A program made the position numbers and the translations under genes. A model generated the notes under the pieces. The model saw only the letters and a list, made by a program, of their open reading frames with translations, made no database searches and was not told where the DNA came from. A DNA stretch of 64,000 nt, from NCBI GenBank assembly GCA_964035545.1, contig OZ037771.1, positions 3,173,628-3,237,627 of the forward strand, read 5' to 3'. This DNA comes from Bugula neritina (Eukaryota > Animalia > Bryozoa). This document shows positions 1 to 12,257 of this stretch, piece by piece (position 1 is the first letter of the stretch; each line of letters opens with the position of its first letter).

Positions 1-2257
1 AGTTAATATATAAATTTCTTGTAATGGCCAAATGAGTTTAGCTGAGCGTAATGACACATATTATGGTTTTAAATAGAAAATTATTAGACTAACAGCTATA
101 ATTTAACTGAGCTGTGTTTATTTAGTAAGTGTGGTTGGGCGTACGCTAATGATAGTTCAGGAATATTCGGGTGAATAATCTTATGAGTGGAATTTAGTGT
201 AAATAGAGTAAAGCAGTTGATCTGTCACCATATTTATATGGTGTCTTCGTTGTTATATATAGCATTTGTTTAGACAAATCATTATTAAAGTGGGAAGTAA
301 ATTATTTTTCCACAAGCAGGCGAAATATTATATATTGAGCAAAAATTAAAATTGTTTTAGTCAATAATTTTTTAAAAAGTTGCTACTTCAGCATTATATA
401 CAGTTACAGCTTAATATATTTTTCCAAGCAATTGAAATTTATAAAACTCGCAATTTTGTCATATTTAATAAATTAGTAACAACTTTTTTCACCTGTCTAT
501 AGTTTATTTTACAATTATTAACAACATTTATGGAATTATGTTATAATATATTATATCATATCATATTACATTATACCATATTATATTATTTTACATTATA
601 TTTTATTACGCTATATTATCTTTTATCATATTATATCATACTATGTTATATTACATTATATATATCATATTATATTTTATGGTGTGCCTGCAGTATGTGA
701 TAATTATGTATGACAGTTTTAGGACATATTTATTAATGTCACTCCATAGAGCTCTAAATGATGGCACATATATCGTAGTGTAACATGATGCAGAGGTAAT
801 TGTTCATCTTATCTAACCTTTCTCATGTGTCATGCATGTTCACTGTTATATAAGAATGAAACAGGATTTCTGTTTACACTATATGCAGCTATCTAAGATC
901 TCATTGAAACTTGAACAAAAATTAAAAAAGAAGCACATTAACCAAAGTTTGATGTTTTTTTACCTTGTTTCAGTTCATTGTGTATTTATGTTTTACGTTG
1001 CTATTATAATTTTTTTAGATTATTTTATTTTCTCAATTGTATAATACCATGATTTGAATAAAAAGTTAATTTTAAAAGCCACAAAAACCAATATGGTGAA
1101 AATAGCTCCAATTAAAATATGAGAAGAATTTATTATTTCATTATTCCCTTTACCGAGACACCGAGTAAGTTAAAAATAAATTATAGGATAAATAGCATAA
1201 AACCCAATCATAAATTTGTAGAAATGAGTTTTAATAATGAACCATAACATTATATAAACAGATACCCTGTAATAACAGGTTAAAAGTAAAGATATGACTA
1301 TTAAATTATATATTTACTGTGTAATTAAATCTATCTCAATAACTTTCTTGCCCTAGACCCATGAGAAAATATCTGACAATATATTTTCATGGTGAAAGTA
1401 AATTTATTGCTGAATATAATTGATAGTTTTAAATTATAGGTATACAACATTGACGTTGTTGATTATGGGTGGCTCATCAAATAAATACAAGCAAACATCC
1501 AACATGTCACCTTTAAGAAGTCAAACCTAATATGTTTCAAGCCGTGTGCTCTTAGCAGACATTATCCTATCCCATAGTCTAATATACAATATATAAAACT
1601 GTATCGGTGTACTTACCAATAGAAAGTTATCTCAGAGATATACAGACAAATGCTAAATTTACTATTTCAAAAAAATGAAAGTAAATGGTATGTGCATAAG
1701 CTAAACTCAATGTTAAAATGAGATGGGGGTGTTTATGCTAATGTTTTATATGTGAACACCTCCATAACAAGTCCATTCAGACTTGTTTAAGATTGCTAAA
1801 AGATAGGACAGTATCTATTGTCTGTTGAAATGTTTTTGTATAGTTGCTCGTCTATAGTTGCTCATCATGTATTAGTGGCCAGGTGAGTTTATAATGTGAA
1901 GCATTTTATCTGAAATATTAGCTTAAAATTGAGTGAAATCTTTCAATTTGAGACAGACTGTTTTTCATACTGTTTAGATGCTGCTCTGTTTTATTGCGAT
2001 GATGTATTACAATTTACACCATTTCTAATGCTTACTACAGCTACACAACACTCACTGGAAAGCATAGCCTTAGGTTCATGTTTATAGAAGAGAGCTTGGT
2101 TATATATACTCTTGAAAGGCAAAAGAAAGCATCAACAAAATAAAAATGTTATAATAAAAAGGCTATGCATGTTGATATTTATTCGTAGCACAAAATATCC
2201 TAATATTTTTTACAAATTGCGTTGTTAAACTCTCACTTATTATATTATACTCACGCA

Positions 2258-2445
2258 AGTTTATAGTCACCATCCCTGTGAGAAAACACCTGATGGAAGG
2301 GGCTAAAGACTTATTAAGATGAGGCACAAGAGCAATTATGACTGGATGCTCTTCCTAACATCCCCAATGGCCTTTGTCTGGGCTCGAACCCGTGACTTCG
2401 TGCTTACTGGGCAAATGCTCTAACCCCTAGACCACTGCTGCTCCT
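2258..2445 (-). mobile_element. tRNA-derived SINE copy
   Basis: Minus strand reads GGAGCAGCAGTGGTCTAGGGGTTAGAGCA (A-box-like) ... GGTTCGAGCCC (B-box), then a body ending CACAGGGATGGTGACTATAAACT. A diverged second copy lies at 18301-18505 on the opposite strand. Confidence 0.75.
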
Positions 2446-5400
2446 CTAAGATAACTTCATTAGTTCTATTATCATTTATAAAAAATAAACTTTATACCAG
2501 CTTTGTTTTCAAAAATTGAAAGAGGAAACAGCATTGAGTAAAAGCAGACTTAATCAGCTATAATTAAAAGCAGCAGCTTTATATTCTGAACTTCACATAA
2601 TAATATAGTGAATTTCATTCTTTCTTATATAGAGAGCTAAATAGTTGGATCCTTTCTTGACAGGCTGACAAATTTGACTGGTCTGGGCTATTCAAAAAAG
2701 TTGTCAGAGTTACAAAAACATACAACTTTGTTTTCAAAGTGCCTCATTCTCTTGAACCCAGTTTGAGTTTTTGATAATTATAAGATTATGTAATAGTTTC
2801 TATCTTCACACAGTATTTTCCTTACGTAGTCGCTATTTTGAAGGCAAACTATTTATGTACAATCTTCATTTTGCAGCAAACAATTTTATTATCACATGAA
2901 AAACAAAATAAAAAGCTATGTCACTGGCCATTTGCAAAATTACTTAGATAAAAAATGTACTGCAAATTTAGTTAACCTGCTACAACTTTTTCTTATTTAA
3001 ACTTCATTTTAAGATCAAATCCCCAATTTTAATAGTAATGTTATAAAAGTTTATTTTTTTCAAAAGTTACAAGTATATAAGCATTCTAACACTAGCTTTT
3101 GAGATGTTGAAACCACTTCAAAGCCAATCACAGTGTGTCTTTCAATATTGAAAGCCAACGACAGTAAATTGATAAAAAAGTTATTACTAAAATAACTAGA
3201 AAAAGGGTTGCAATTTTTTGCTAACTTATATGATATTTAGGTATAATAGGTTAAGTAACCAATACCCAGTTTCTTAGTCAATGAAGTATGGCTAAAATTC
3301 AATCTTTGAATGGCATTGATGCATAGAAAAGGAGTGTATGTAGACCCCTACATCTTGTCTTATTGCTTCCTTCACCAATATTGACAATAATGTTGTCAAG
3401 TATATTGTACTTGATAAACCAAAGCCTGTAACCTAATGAATAGTAATAAACTTTTTATATGTGCCACAATGTTATATTACAAAAATAGTTTATTTTATTT
3501 AGCATGTTTACCATGACTTAGCAAATGCCAACGTATTGACTAAAACGTTATTCATTCTCATTCTATGAGCTTGAAGATATTTTCTCATTCATTACGCATA
3601 CAGTTTGCGTGAGCTGAATTTATAAATATTATTATTTCCATCTCATTGTGCATTTAGAGAGTTAAACTGAATGATAACAGATCTGTATGTGTGACTCATT
3701 CAAATATTAGCTACCATTTAAAAGTCGCAGCTGCAAGATCTAGATTTTAAGGAGATATTATTCATATTACATTTAATTAAGGTCTAATCATTTCACTTTT
3801 CACAATAAGAGAAAACAATATATAAAGAAGGAGATATTCTGTTATACATGTATGCGCACAGCTACAGCGAGGTGTTGCCTTGTGGTATACACAGTCTGGT
3901 ATGCTGCCTTACCTTAGCTGTTTTGTATGAGAAACTATTAGTAATTTAATATTCAACATCAGTTAGGATTTAAAATTGAAATTTTAAATAAAAGTGGTAA
4001 ATGTGAACAGTAAGATAAGCTAAACACGAGGGTGTGACATGTTTGCCAGGGAGCTATTAGCTACTATAATTATAGATTGCATCTACTTTTGTGAATCTTG
4101 TATTGAATTGCCTACCAAATTATAATGTGAATTTATATTCTCATGAGTTGTATTTGAAAACAGACATACCGTTCTGGTTACTATAGCGTCATGGAGAGAG
4201 CTTTACTGGCAACCAACTGTTGAACAGAATAATTTTATAAATATTATTTTTAAAATCTTTCAGTCATATTAAGAAATGACTAGCATATTATAGCATAAAT
4301 CTTTATTAACAAGTTATTAGCATATTACAGCACATATCCTTAAGAAGTTACTACCATATTATAGCATGAATCTTAAGTAGGCTATATATTATATGCAGGC
4401 CTTTCAACACTGTATTAGTACACCCATGCAGTGGCTACTTCATCACCTGGTTTCAGCTGTTCCTATTCACATAAAGGCAGATATAAAACTAAAAGTCACA
4501 CTGTGTGTGAATTATTTAGCAACTTCATTTTTTCACGTGTTGTTTGTTACTGAATCTGGAAGGAAAACTGATCCATTCAAATGCCGGCTAAAACTTTTTT
4601 CTCGTAACTAATAGCCTTAGATCCACTGAATCCATTTAGCCTGTGTACCAGACATGTACTTTCTAGAATGCAAGAAGGTAAAAGTATTTCATGGAGAGTT
4701 CATATAATGCCAAATGAAAAATGAAAAATGATAGCTTTTCCAGCCATGTTTGTCTTCCGACATTTTGTAGAACATCTTTTCGAAGGTTGGCCAGTCTCAG
4801 GCTTTCTGGTGATATAAAAATTGTTGAGGGATAGAAGTTTTCTAAGCCATTCTACTGCTTTTAAACCTAGACAATAAAAACAATTCGTTCTTTATTTTCC
4901 TATTTAAAGTATACTGTAGTATAATATATACTGTAATATATATTTTATTTTATTTAAATTATAAACCATTTCATTACAATAAAATATAAGTACTAACCAT
5001 CTACTATTGTGGTGAATTGTACAATAACATTTTTCACCCGTAAAAGTTTCTTCTTCAACGTTTTAGTTATTATTTGAAAACATGATCCATTTCAGATAAA
5101 ATCATTTATGTAAGACGCAACTTTAATGAGTTTATTTGACGGTAAAGATAAAAAGAGTGATTCCATTCTAACCAAATGAGCCGAGATGATGAGTATATTT
5201 TAGATGTAAAGAGAAAAACTTTACACTGAATAGAACGCATTGTGTAACAACGGCTGATTATATCACGATTGAATTTTTTCATGTCGGTAAATATTGAAAT
5301 AAAAGATTCAAAGCGGTTAGTAAAACAGAAATGTTGAATTCGAGCCGCTATAATTTTATCTAACGCTTCCAAATCTACTGTATCATCAATTATTTCATGT

Positions 5401-7950
5401 CAAATATTGCAAAACTTCGTTAAGAATACTAAGTGGCCTGTCCCCAAATGAATAATTGATAATTTTCTTGTCTCGTGACAAAACTAGTGTTTGGAATTTT
5501 ATCATTCGTCGATCAGTTCTTAGCTTCGTATTTCAAATATAGATTAGAAATTTTGGTAAATTAAAAAGTATGTTACTATTTGTTTTTTTGCAAAAAATAA
5601 TTGTTTTACCATTTGTTGCTCATGAAGATTGAAGTTTTATTTGACCATCTGTCTGCCAGCAGAATGTGAAACCTGAAAGAATATAAACTCCATCTCAACG
5701 AGACCATCTTGAAACAGTTGCAAATACGTGCAGTATTCAGACAAATAAACCACTCTATAATCACTTTGCTTTCCAAGTATCAAGTTAAAACATTTGTAAA
5801 CTATTTGACTTGTTCTGCAAATTAAGCGTCATATTTAACATATTTTATTTAGGAAAATAAATGTGAGAACTTTGCTTATATGGTATATGGCATATACAAC
5901 CAACTTGTTTTTGGGACTTTTTGATCAGTTGCCAAATATATACAACAGGCCGCTAGGAGATATAATTTTACTAGTTTCAGCTTATTTAAAAGATGGGTAG
6001 ACATCAACACATTACTTTAAAAATACCCATGGCAAAGTACTTTTATTACTATTATGTATTCTAATTGCAACAGGTAAGTTCATAGCTTAATAAAAAACAA
6101 GTCAGGTGTGAAAGTTAATTGACATGTTACACAGACAGTTTCCTGCTGAAGATAACCTGCTACACTTTTTTCACTTCTTGTTTTTTGTTGAATTAATTGA
6201 TACGCAGAAAATAAGTGGACATCAAATGCTTGTTTGAGAGAAGATGATAAATTGAGATTTGCTGTAATACGAGATGATGTGTGCCATTATAATGCTTCAG
6301 ACTTGAACGAGCTATTTGCAAGGCTTTGAAGTGGTTGACCGGTTTTCATGCATTGTGATATACTCAAGTGCTGATTCCAATCTATAACAGCTATTTTACA
6401 GTTTGTTCTTAAATTTCAAAAATAAATCTTTGCTACCCAAAGGCTTCATTTTAATTTATTCCTGGCTGAAAATTACCTCTCTTTTCATATAACTGAGTAA
6501 GAAGAGTGTTTTGGTGCCCCCTGAATAATACATTATTGTTTATAGAGACAAACAGATCTGATATTCTTGAGATAAAGTTTCGTTTTCACTCAGAGTTACA
6601 GAGTACATCTCGCACTGAGTAAAAATATGCTACGCTGCTCCCTAATTGTACTCAAATTGTTGAATACTTAAAAGATTCTTACGTTTAATTTGTTCACAAA
6701 TTAGATGATAGTATCTAGAAAGTGAATGTGTCGCTGTAAATCAAACAGTTGAGCGATGATTGTGGGTAATCGAACGAAGAATTAGACGTGGGAAACTGTT
6801 TAATAGAGGTTGAAGGCTATCCTATATAATGGCATCCATTGCACATTTATAATGCACTGAGTAGAGAAATATCTGGTGTTAAATATCAAAATTTGAACAA
6901 TCAGATAAAAGGTGCTTTTCTATTCTAATATTTTAAAGAGAATAAACATAGCGATGCTAAGTAAAGAACATGTTGAGTAGGTTTCAAAAGAATTTAATTT
7001 AATAGTGTTAGATCAACGAAAACAAGTATGCCTTCAAAAGATTAACAAAAATCCGCGATGTCACAACAAGGTGCTTTTAAATGACTCCAGCCGTAGGTAC
7101 AAAATATATTGGGTTGTAGAGTAAATCCTGAATTGAGCCTAATTGATGTGGGGAATGGCATTCTGTTACTTACGTAGTTTACAAGCAATAATTTGCTTAA
7201 ATAATCTCTGACATATTTCATTTATACAGTATTAAAATATTCATATATATCTTAGCTATCATCTACAGACTGTTTGAGGGTTTTATGCTCAAACAACTTT
7301 GTGCAAACATGTCTTGAATTAGTTTTAAGATTTCTCATCACGTGCTCATGTGATGTTTCCAATCTGCTCTGAAGTCGATGATATATAAAACTAATAGCAA
7401 TGATTGCTGGATTTCATTGCATGCTATTTTTAGCTGCTGCAACACACTGTTTAATCTTTGAGCTGACTTTAAAGTTTGAACTTTAAACTTTAAAGATCAT
7501 TTAAGCCAAAGCTCTAAACTTCTCAAACACAAACTTTCTTTAGCATCTAGAAACTCTGGAAATAGAAGCAGACTCATCTTTACATGTTAGGGCAAGTTTG
7601 AAGGACTTGCTGCTTTTGTAAAATATTCAGCAAAATCAGACAAAACTCAGCATTTCACTCCAATAGGTGAATAAAGATATTTGCTATAAAAAGAATAGTA
7701 GTATTAGTCCATTACTCATGTAAATTATATGAAGAAAATATAGGCTGTCATATACTTAATTTAAGAAATATAATTACTTAAATATAAATTACTAACTTGA
7801 GAATGTAACATTTCAAACTTGAAATGCTATGTGGATTGAATTGAATTAACTCTAAAGAATGGTGTGGATCTAACACAGATCTAATATAGTCTGAAATTAG
7901 CTATTTCTAAATATTAACTTGCTGTTGAAATACAATTCACTGGTTCTTGT

Positions 7951-8221
7951 TGTAATGTTTGTATCTGTTTACTAAAGCTATGTATATATTATCCCATGAC
8001 TTATACCTGCTAGTAGCCTTATATTGTGGAATGTTATAGCTATACAATTATGCTGTCAAAGTAATTATGTTGTGGTTTTAAAAGTGCTATGTAACTGTTG
8101 TGACATACTGTTTGTTTATCAAGTGGGTCAGTTAGCTTCGAGATTTGAGATAATAAAGTGTATAGTGACAGTAAGAAAGTTGGTAGTAATTCATTGCAGT
8201 ATTTATCTATACAACACAACA
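7951..8221 (+). repeat. 5' LTR
   Basis: TGTAATG...CACAACA; identical by eye to 11987-12257; contains AATAAA. Confidence 0.97.
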
Positions 8222-8233
8222 AGCTATTTCGGC
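8222..8233 (+). promoter_or_regulatory. Putative primer-binding site complementary to nt 1-12 of tRNA-Phe(GAA)
   Basis: AGCTATTTCGGC directly abuts the 5' LTR. Its reverse complement GCCGAAATAGCT is the 5' end of metazoan tRNA-Phe. No TGG-type PBS is present. Confidence 0.7.
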
Positions 8234-8249
8234 ATATTACAATATTACA

Positions 8250-8984
8250 ATGGCATCAGTCAAGCTCTCGGACATAATAAGTAAATATGAAGACAGCAAC
8301 AGTGGAGAATTCAGTGAGTGGCTTGATAAATTAGAGCTGGTGGCAAAGCTGCAGAAAATAACTGATCTAGAATCATTTTTGCCCCTGTTCCTGGCTGGTC
8401 CAGCGTTTGCAGTATATAAGCAGCTACCAGAAAGTGACAAAGAGGATTATGGGAAGCTCAAAGCTGCACTACTAACAGCTTTTGGAATAAACTGCTATAC
8501 TGCATACGATGAGCTACAGAAGCGTGTGCTGCGTGATGGAGAGCCAGTTGATGTCTACTTAGCAGACATAAAAAGGTTAGTGGCACATATTGGACAGAAG
8601 GATGCAGAGCCAATTTCAAAATGCGCTTTCATGGCAGGGTTGCCAGGTGATGTGTCCTTGCAGTTAAAGTCCATGGCTTCTGTAGAGAAATTGAGTTTGC
8701 CCGAACTGGTGGCTAGAGCAAGAATAATGCTGAGTACAAGAGAAAGTGAGATGGCGTGTGCAGCTGGCTACCAAAAGGCAAAGGGAGCTTGCTTCAGTTG
8801 TGGCTCAACTTCACATATGGCTCGTGAATGTCCCAAGTCAACCCGTAGAAATTATCAGCCAAGATATGTCAGGAGATGTTTTATTTGTGATCAAACATCA
8901 CATATAGCAAGAAATTGCCCAGAAAAGCTGGGAAACGGGCAAGGGGAACCATCAGCACCGGGTGTTTCCCCAAGGCTGCAGTAG
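8250..8984 (+). CDS. gag: Gag (244 aa) with two CCHC zinc knuckles
   Basis: CFSCGSTSHMAREC and CFICDQTSHIARNC motifs; ATG lies 28 nt after the LTR. Confidence 0.93.
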   Translation: MASVKLSDIISKYEDSNSGEFSEWLDKLELVAKLQKITDLESFLPLFLAGPAFAVYKQLPESDKEDYGKLKAALLTAFGINCYTAYDELQKRVLRDGEPVDVYLADIKRLVAHIGQKDAEPISKCAFMAGLPGDVSLQLKSMASVEKLSLPELVARARIMLSTRESEMACAAGYQKAKGACFSCGSTSHMARECPKSTRRNYQPRYVRRCFICDQTSHIARNCPEKLGNGQGEPSAPGVSPRLQ

Positions 8985-11950
8985 CTAATGAGGTGCTACC
9001 CTTCATATATGTATACACAAATAATTCAGGATGTACTCGTCGTATAAAAACATTAGTGGATTCAGGCTGTCAACAAACAGTAATCAGTGAAAAGTTGTGT
9101 AAAGAAATCAGAGGGTGGCTGCGCGGGCCTCAACATGTAGTGACAATGCTAAATGGAGAGACAACAGTGTGTGGTGGCGAGGTGGTAGTAGAGTTAGTGG
9201 TTGATGGGGTAGTGGTAAGAAACCGCTGTTTAGTTGCACCAAGTCTGGTGTGTGGTGCAGATGTAATTTTAGGGTTTGACATTATTAAGAAGTTGGGGGG
9301 AGTAACATTTGACAAAGATGGTAAAGTTTCTTGGCACTCTAAGATGTGTGCATTAGCCGCACCTATATCACCAACAACTTCAAAATTAAGAATTGAGGAT
9401 ACAGATTTTATAGCTGTCTTTGATGGGCAGAGGTGGACTGTTGAGTGGAAGTGGCAGATAGGAGAGCCACAGTTAAGCAACCAGTGTGCACAGTATGCAG
9501 TGCCACCAGAGCATATAAACGAGTATGAAGCAGAATTAGATCAGTGGGTAGCAGATGGGTGGTTGGAGCCGTATAACGTTCAGAAACATGGCAAAGTTGA
9601 TGGTGTAATTCCATTGATGGCTGCAAGTCAGCCAAACAAACCCAAAAAGGTTCGACCTGTTATGGATTATCGAGAGCTCAATAGCCATGTTGAGAGTATG
9701 CCAGGACAGGACACTGCGATTTGCCAAGAAAAGGTGCGTGAGTGGAGAAAGCAAGGGACTGAAGCCTGTCTTTTAGACTTAAAAAAGGCATATCTGCAAA
9801 TTCATGTGAGTAGGAGCTTACAGAAATTTCAAACTGTAAAGTATAAAGGTAATTTGTATGTGATGACTCGAATGGGATTTGGATTAAGTGTTGCTCCAAA
9901 AATAATGTCAAGAATAATTAGCACAGTACTGGCACAAGATAGTGAGGTCAAGCAAGGAACTGACCATTACATAGATGATATCTGGGTCAACAAGAGTTTA
10001 GTAGGGGTAGATAAAGTGAGACAGCTGCTGTTAATGTATGGGTTAGTGACTAAGGAGCCAGAACCCCTTAATGATGCTCGAGTGTTAGGATTGAGAGTGA
10101 GAGATGTAGGCAATGGAAACTTTGCATGGTGTAGAGATGGCAAACTTCCTATGCTGCAGGAAAACATGACCAAAAGAGAACTTTTCTCACTCTGTGGCAA
10201 GTTGGTTGGACATTACCCTGTGGCTGGGTGGTTGAGAACGTCATGTAGTTTTGTCAAAAGAAGCGCCAATGATGTTGCCTGGGAAGAACGCATTCCGAGC
10301 TATTCACAAGACATCATTGAAGAAATAATGGAAAAAGTCACTAAAGAAGACCCAGTGAGAGGCATTTGGGAAGTTGATAAAGACAAGCCTGGCATTATGT
10401 GGTGTGATGCAAGTAGCTTGTCAATGGGATGTTGTTTGCAAATAGATGGTCATGTGGTGGAAGATTGTGCATGGCTTAGAAAGGATGATGCTCACATCAA
10501 TGTAGCAGAGCTGGAAGCAACTATAAAAGGACTAAATCTTGCCCTGAGGTGGAAAATTAAGAAGTTAGTGTTGGTCACAGACTCTGCAACTGTTTATAGT
10601 TGGCTTCGGTCTATTTTAGAGAACACAAAAAGACCCAAGGTCAGTGGGTTGAGCGAGATGGTTGTTAAAAGAAGACTAGAGATTGTTAATCAACTAATTG
10701 ACGAATATGGACTTATGCTGTCTATCAAGCTGGTTCCATCAGAAAAGAACCTGTCTGATATTCTAACTCGTGTTCCCAAAAGGTGGCTACAGAAAGTTCA
10801 AAAGAATAAGCCTGATTCAAAAGTTGTTGCGCTAGGGATGACAAAGCATGGTAGAAAAGTTATTGAGCTTCACAACAGGCATCACTTAGGTGTAGATCGG
10901 ACAATGCATGTTGTAAGTAGGATGAAGATACCAGTGGATAGAAGAGTTGTATCAGAAATTGTGAAATCTTGCCAAATGTGCAAACAAATAGATCCTGCTC
11001 CAATAGCGTGGAAACATGGAAGTTTAGATGTGGAGGAAAACTGGCAGAGAGTTGCAGTTGACGTAGCATTCGTTTCTGGTAAACCATATCTTACAGTAGT
11101 GGACTGTGGACCGAGTAGATTTGCAATTTGGGTTGCTATGAGCAATGAGACTGCAGACCAAGCACTCAAGCATTTGTGCAGAATTTTTCTTGAGAGAGGT
11201 CCTCCCCAAGAGCTGATTTGTGACTATGGACCGTGCTTTAAGAGCAGTAAAACCAAGAACTTGTTAGAAGACTGGGGTGTTTCACTGATATTTTGTTGTG
11301 CATACAAGCACTCTGGAAATGGAATAGTGGAGAGAAACCATAGAACAATAAAAAGGATGGTGGCGAGAACTGGAAAAACCCCTGAATGCATGGTGTTTTG
11401 GTACAACAATACACCTAACTCTGTTGGTATCATACCTGCTGCTGCTATTCATGCTTATCATCCGAGGTTGCCAAGGGAGCCTGTAGAAAAGGAATTAGAA
11501 AGAGATTTCCCTGCTAAACAGACAGGGACTAATTCCTACAAAGTAGGAGATAATGTTTTTGTTAAGCCGGGGAAGGTTAGATGTGATACAAAATGGAAGC
11601 AAGGCACTGTCACAAAGCTAATATCTGACAAAGTTGTAGAAATAGATGGAGTAAACCGCCATGTTGCTGATGTGAGGCTTGCACGACAAAATGAAGGTGA
11701 TCAAAATGATGCTATCAGTCATTTGTGCACTGAAGTTGATATTGAACTGTGTGGTGATGCTGGTCTTGGTATTAATGAGGAGGTATCTGATGAAAGTGAT
11801 GGCAATAACAGTGATTTAGATGGCAGTGAAACTTGCAGTTGGGGAATTGGCAATCCTGAAGTTGTGGATGAGGCCAACCAGGAAGAAGGAAGCCGTATAA
11901 CAAGAGACAGGAGACCACCTCAGTGGATGGCAGACTTTTATATTAATTAA
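8915..11950 (+). CDS. pol: Pol polyprotein: aspartic protease, reverse transcriptase, RNase H, integrase (probably translated as Gag-Pol)
   Basis: LVDSGC (protease); LLDLKKAYLQI, RMGFGL, YIDDI (RT); WCDAS, INVAELEA, VTDS (RNase H); H-x3-H...CQMC, VAVD, CDYG, NGIVERNHRTIK (integrase). ORF is uninterrupted. Confidence 0.95.
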   Translation: MPRKAGKRARGTISTGCFPKAAVANEVLPFIYVYTNNSGCTRRIKTLVDSGCQQTVISEKLCKEIRGWLRGPQHVVTMLNGETTVCGGEVVVELVVDGVVVRNRCLVAPSLVCGADVILGFDIIKKLGGVTFDKDGKVSWHSKMCALAAPISPTTSKLRIEDTDFIAVFDGQRWTVEWKWQIGEPQLSNQCAQYAVPPEHINEYEAELDQWVADGWLEPYNVQKHGKVDGVIPLMAASQPNKPKKVRPVMDYRELNSHVESMPGQDTAICQEKVREWRKQGTEACLLDLKKAYLQIHVSRSLQKFQTVKYKGNLYVMTRMGFGLSVAPKIMSRIISTVLAQDSEVKQGTDHYIDDIWVNKSLVGVDKVRQLLLMYGLVTKEPEPLNDARVLGLRVRDVGNGNFAWCRDGKLPMLQENMTKRELFSLCGKLVGHYPVAGWLRTSCSFVKRSANDVAWEERIPSYSQDIIEEIMEKVTKEDPVRGIWEVDKDKPGIMWCDASSLSMGCCLQIDGHVVEDCAWLRKDDAHINVAELEATIKGLNLALRWKIKKLVLVTDSATVYSWLRSILENTKRPKVSGLSEMVVKRRLEIVNQLIDEYGLMLSIKLVPSEKNLSDILTRVPKRWLQKVQKNKPDSKVVALGMTKHGRKVIELHNRHHLGVDRTMHVVSRMKIPVDRRVVSEIVKSCQMCKQIDPAPIAWKHGSLDVEENWQRVAVDVAFVSGKPYLTVVDCGPSRFAIWVAMSNETADQALKHLCRIFLERGPPQELICDYGPCFKSSKTKNLLEDWGVSLIFCCAYKHSGNGIVERNHRTIKRMVARTGKTPECMVFWYNNTPNSVGIIPAAAIHAYHPRLPREPVEKELERDFPAKQTGTNSYKVGDNVFVKPGKVRCDTKWKQGTVTKLISDKVVEIDGVNRHVADVRLARQNEGDQNDAISHLCTEVDIELCGDAGLGINEEVSDESDGNNSDLDGSETCSWGIGNPEVVDEANQEEGSRITRDRRPPQWMADFYIN
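8930..8978 (+). promoter_or_regulatory. -1 programmed ribosomal frameshift signal (slippery heptamer plus stem/pseudoknot)
   Basis: G GGA AAC at 8930-8936 is in the gag frame and pol is in the -1 frame. A 6-nt spacer is followed by GGGGAAC (8943-8949) pairing with GTTTCCCC (8964-8971); loop CAGC can pair with GCTG (8975-8978). Confidence 0.8.
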
Positions 11951-11977
11951 CTGTAAACCAATTATGATCTTGAGATC

Positions 11978-11986
11978 AAGGGGAAA
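11978..11986 (+). promoter_or_regulatory. Polypurine tract
   Basis: AAGGGGAAA immediately upstream of the 3' LTR. Confidence 0.8.
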
Positions 11987-12257
11987 TGTAATGTTTGTAT
12001 CTGTTTACTAAAGCTATGTATATATTATCCCATGACTTATACCTGCTAGTAGCCTTATATTGTGGAATGTTATAGCTATACAATTATGCTGTCAAAGTAA
12101 TTATGTTGTGGTTTTAAAAGTGCTATGTAACTGTTGTGACATACTGTTTGTTTATCAAGTGGGTCAGTTAGCTTCGAGATTTGAGATAATAAAGTGTATA
12201 GTGACAGTAAGAAAGTTGGTAGTAATTCATTGCAGTATTTATCTATACAACACAACA
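11987..12257 (+). repeat. 3' LTR
   Basis: Identical to the 5' LTR; followed by TSD CTTGT. Confidence 0.97.

Larger units (their letters stand above)
7951..12257 (+). mobile_element. Full-length Ty3/Gypsy-type LTR retrotransposon (4307 bp)
   Basis: Two 271-bp direct repeats with TG...CA ends; 5-bp TSD CTTGT at 7946-7950 and 12258-12262; gag plus pol in PR-RT-RH-IN order; purine tract before the 3' LTR. Confidence 0.97.

Noticed and set aside
2340-2445. Functional tRNA gene
   Set aside because: A/B boxes continue into a shared non-tRNA body also found at 18301-18505, so this is a SINE head.
1600-7200. Scattered exon-like segments with good donors (for example ~4168-4215 on minus)
   Set aside because: Could not be chained into a phase-consistent, recognisable ORF.
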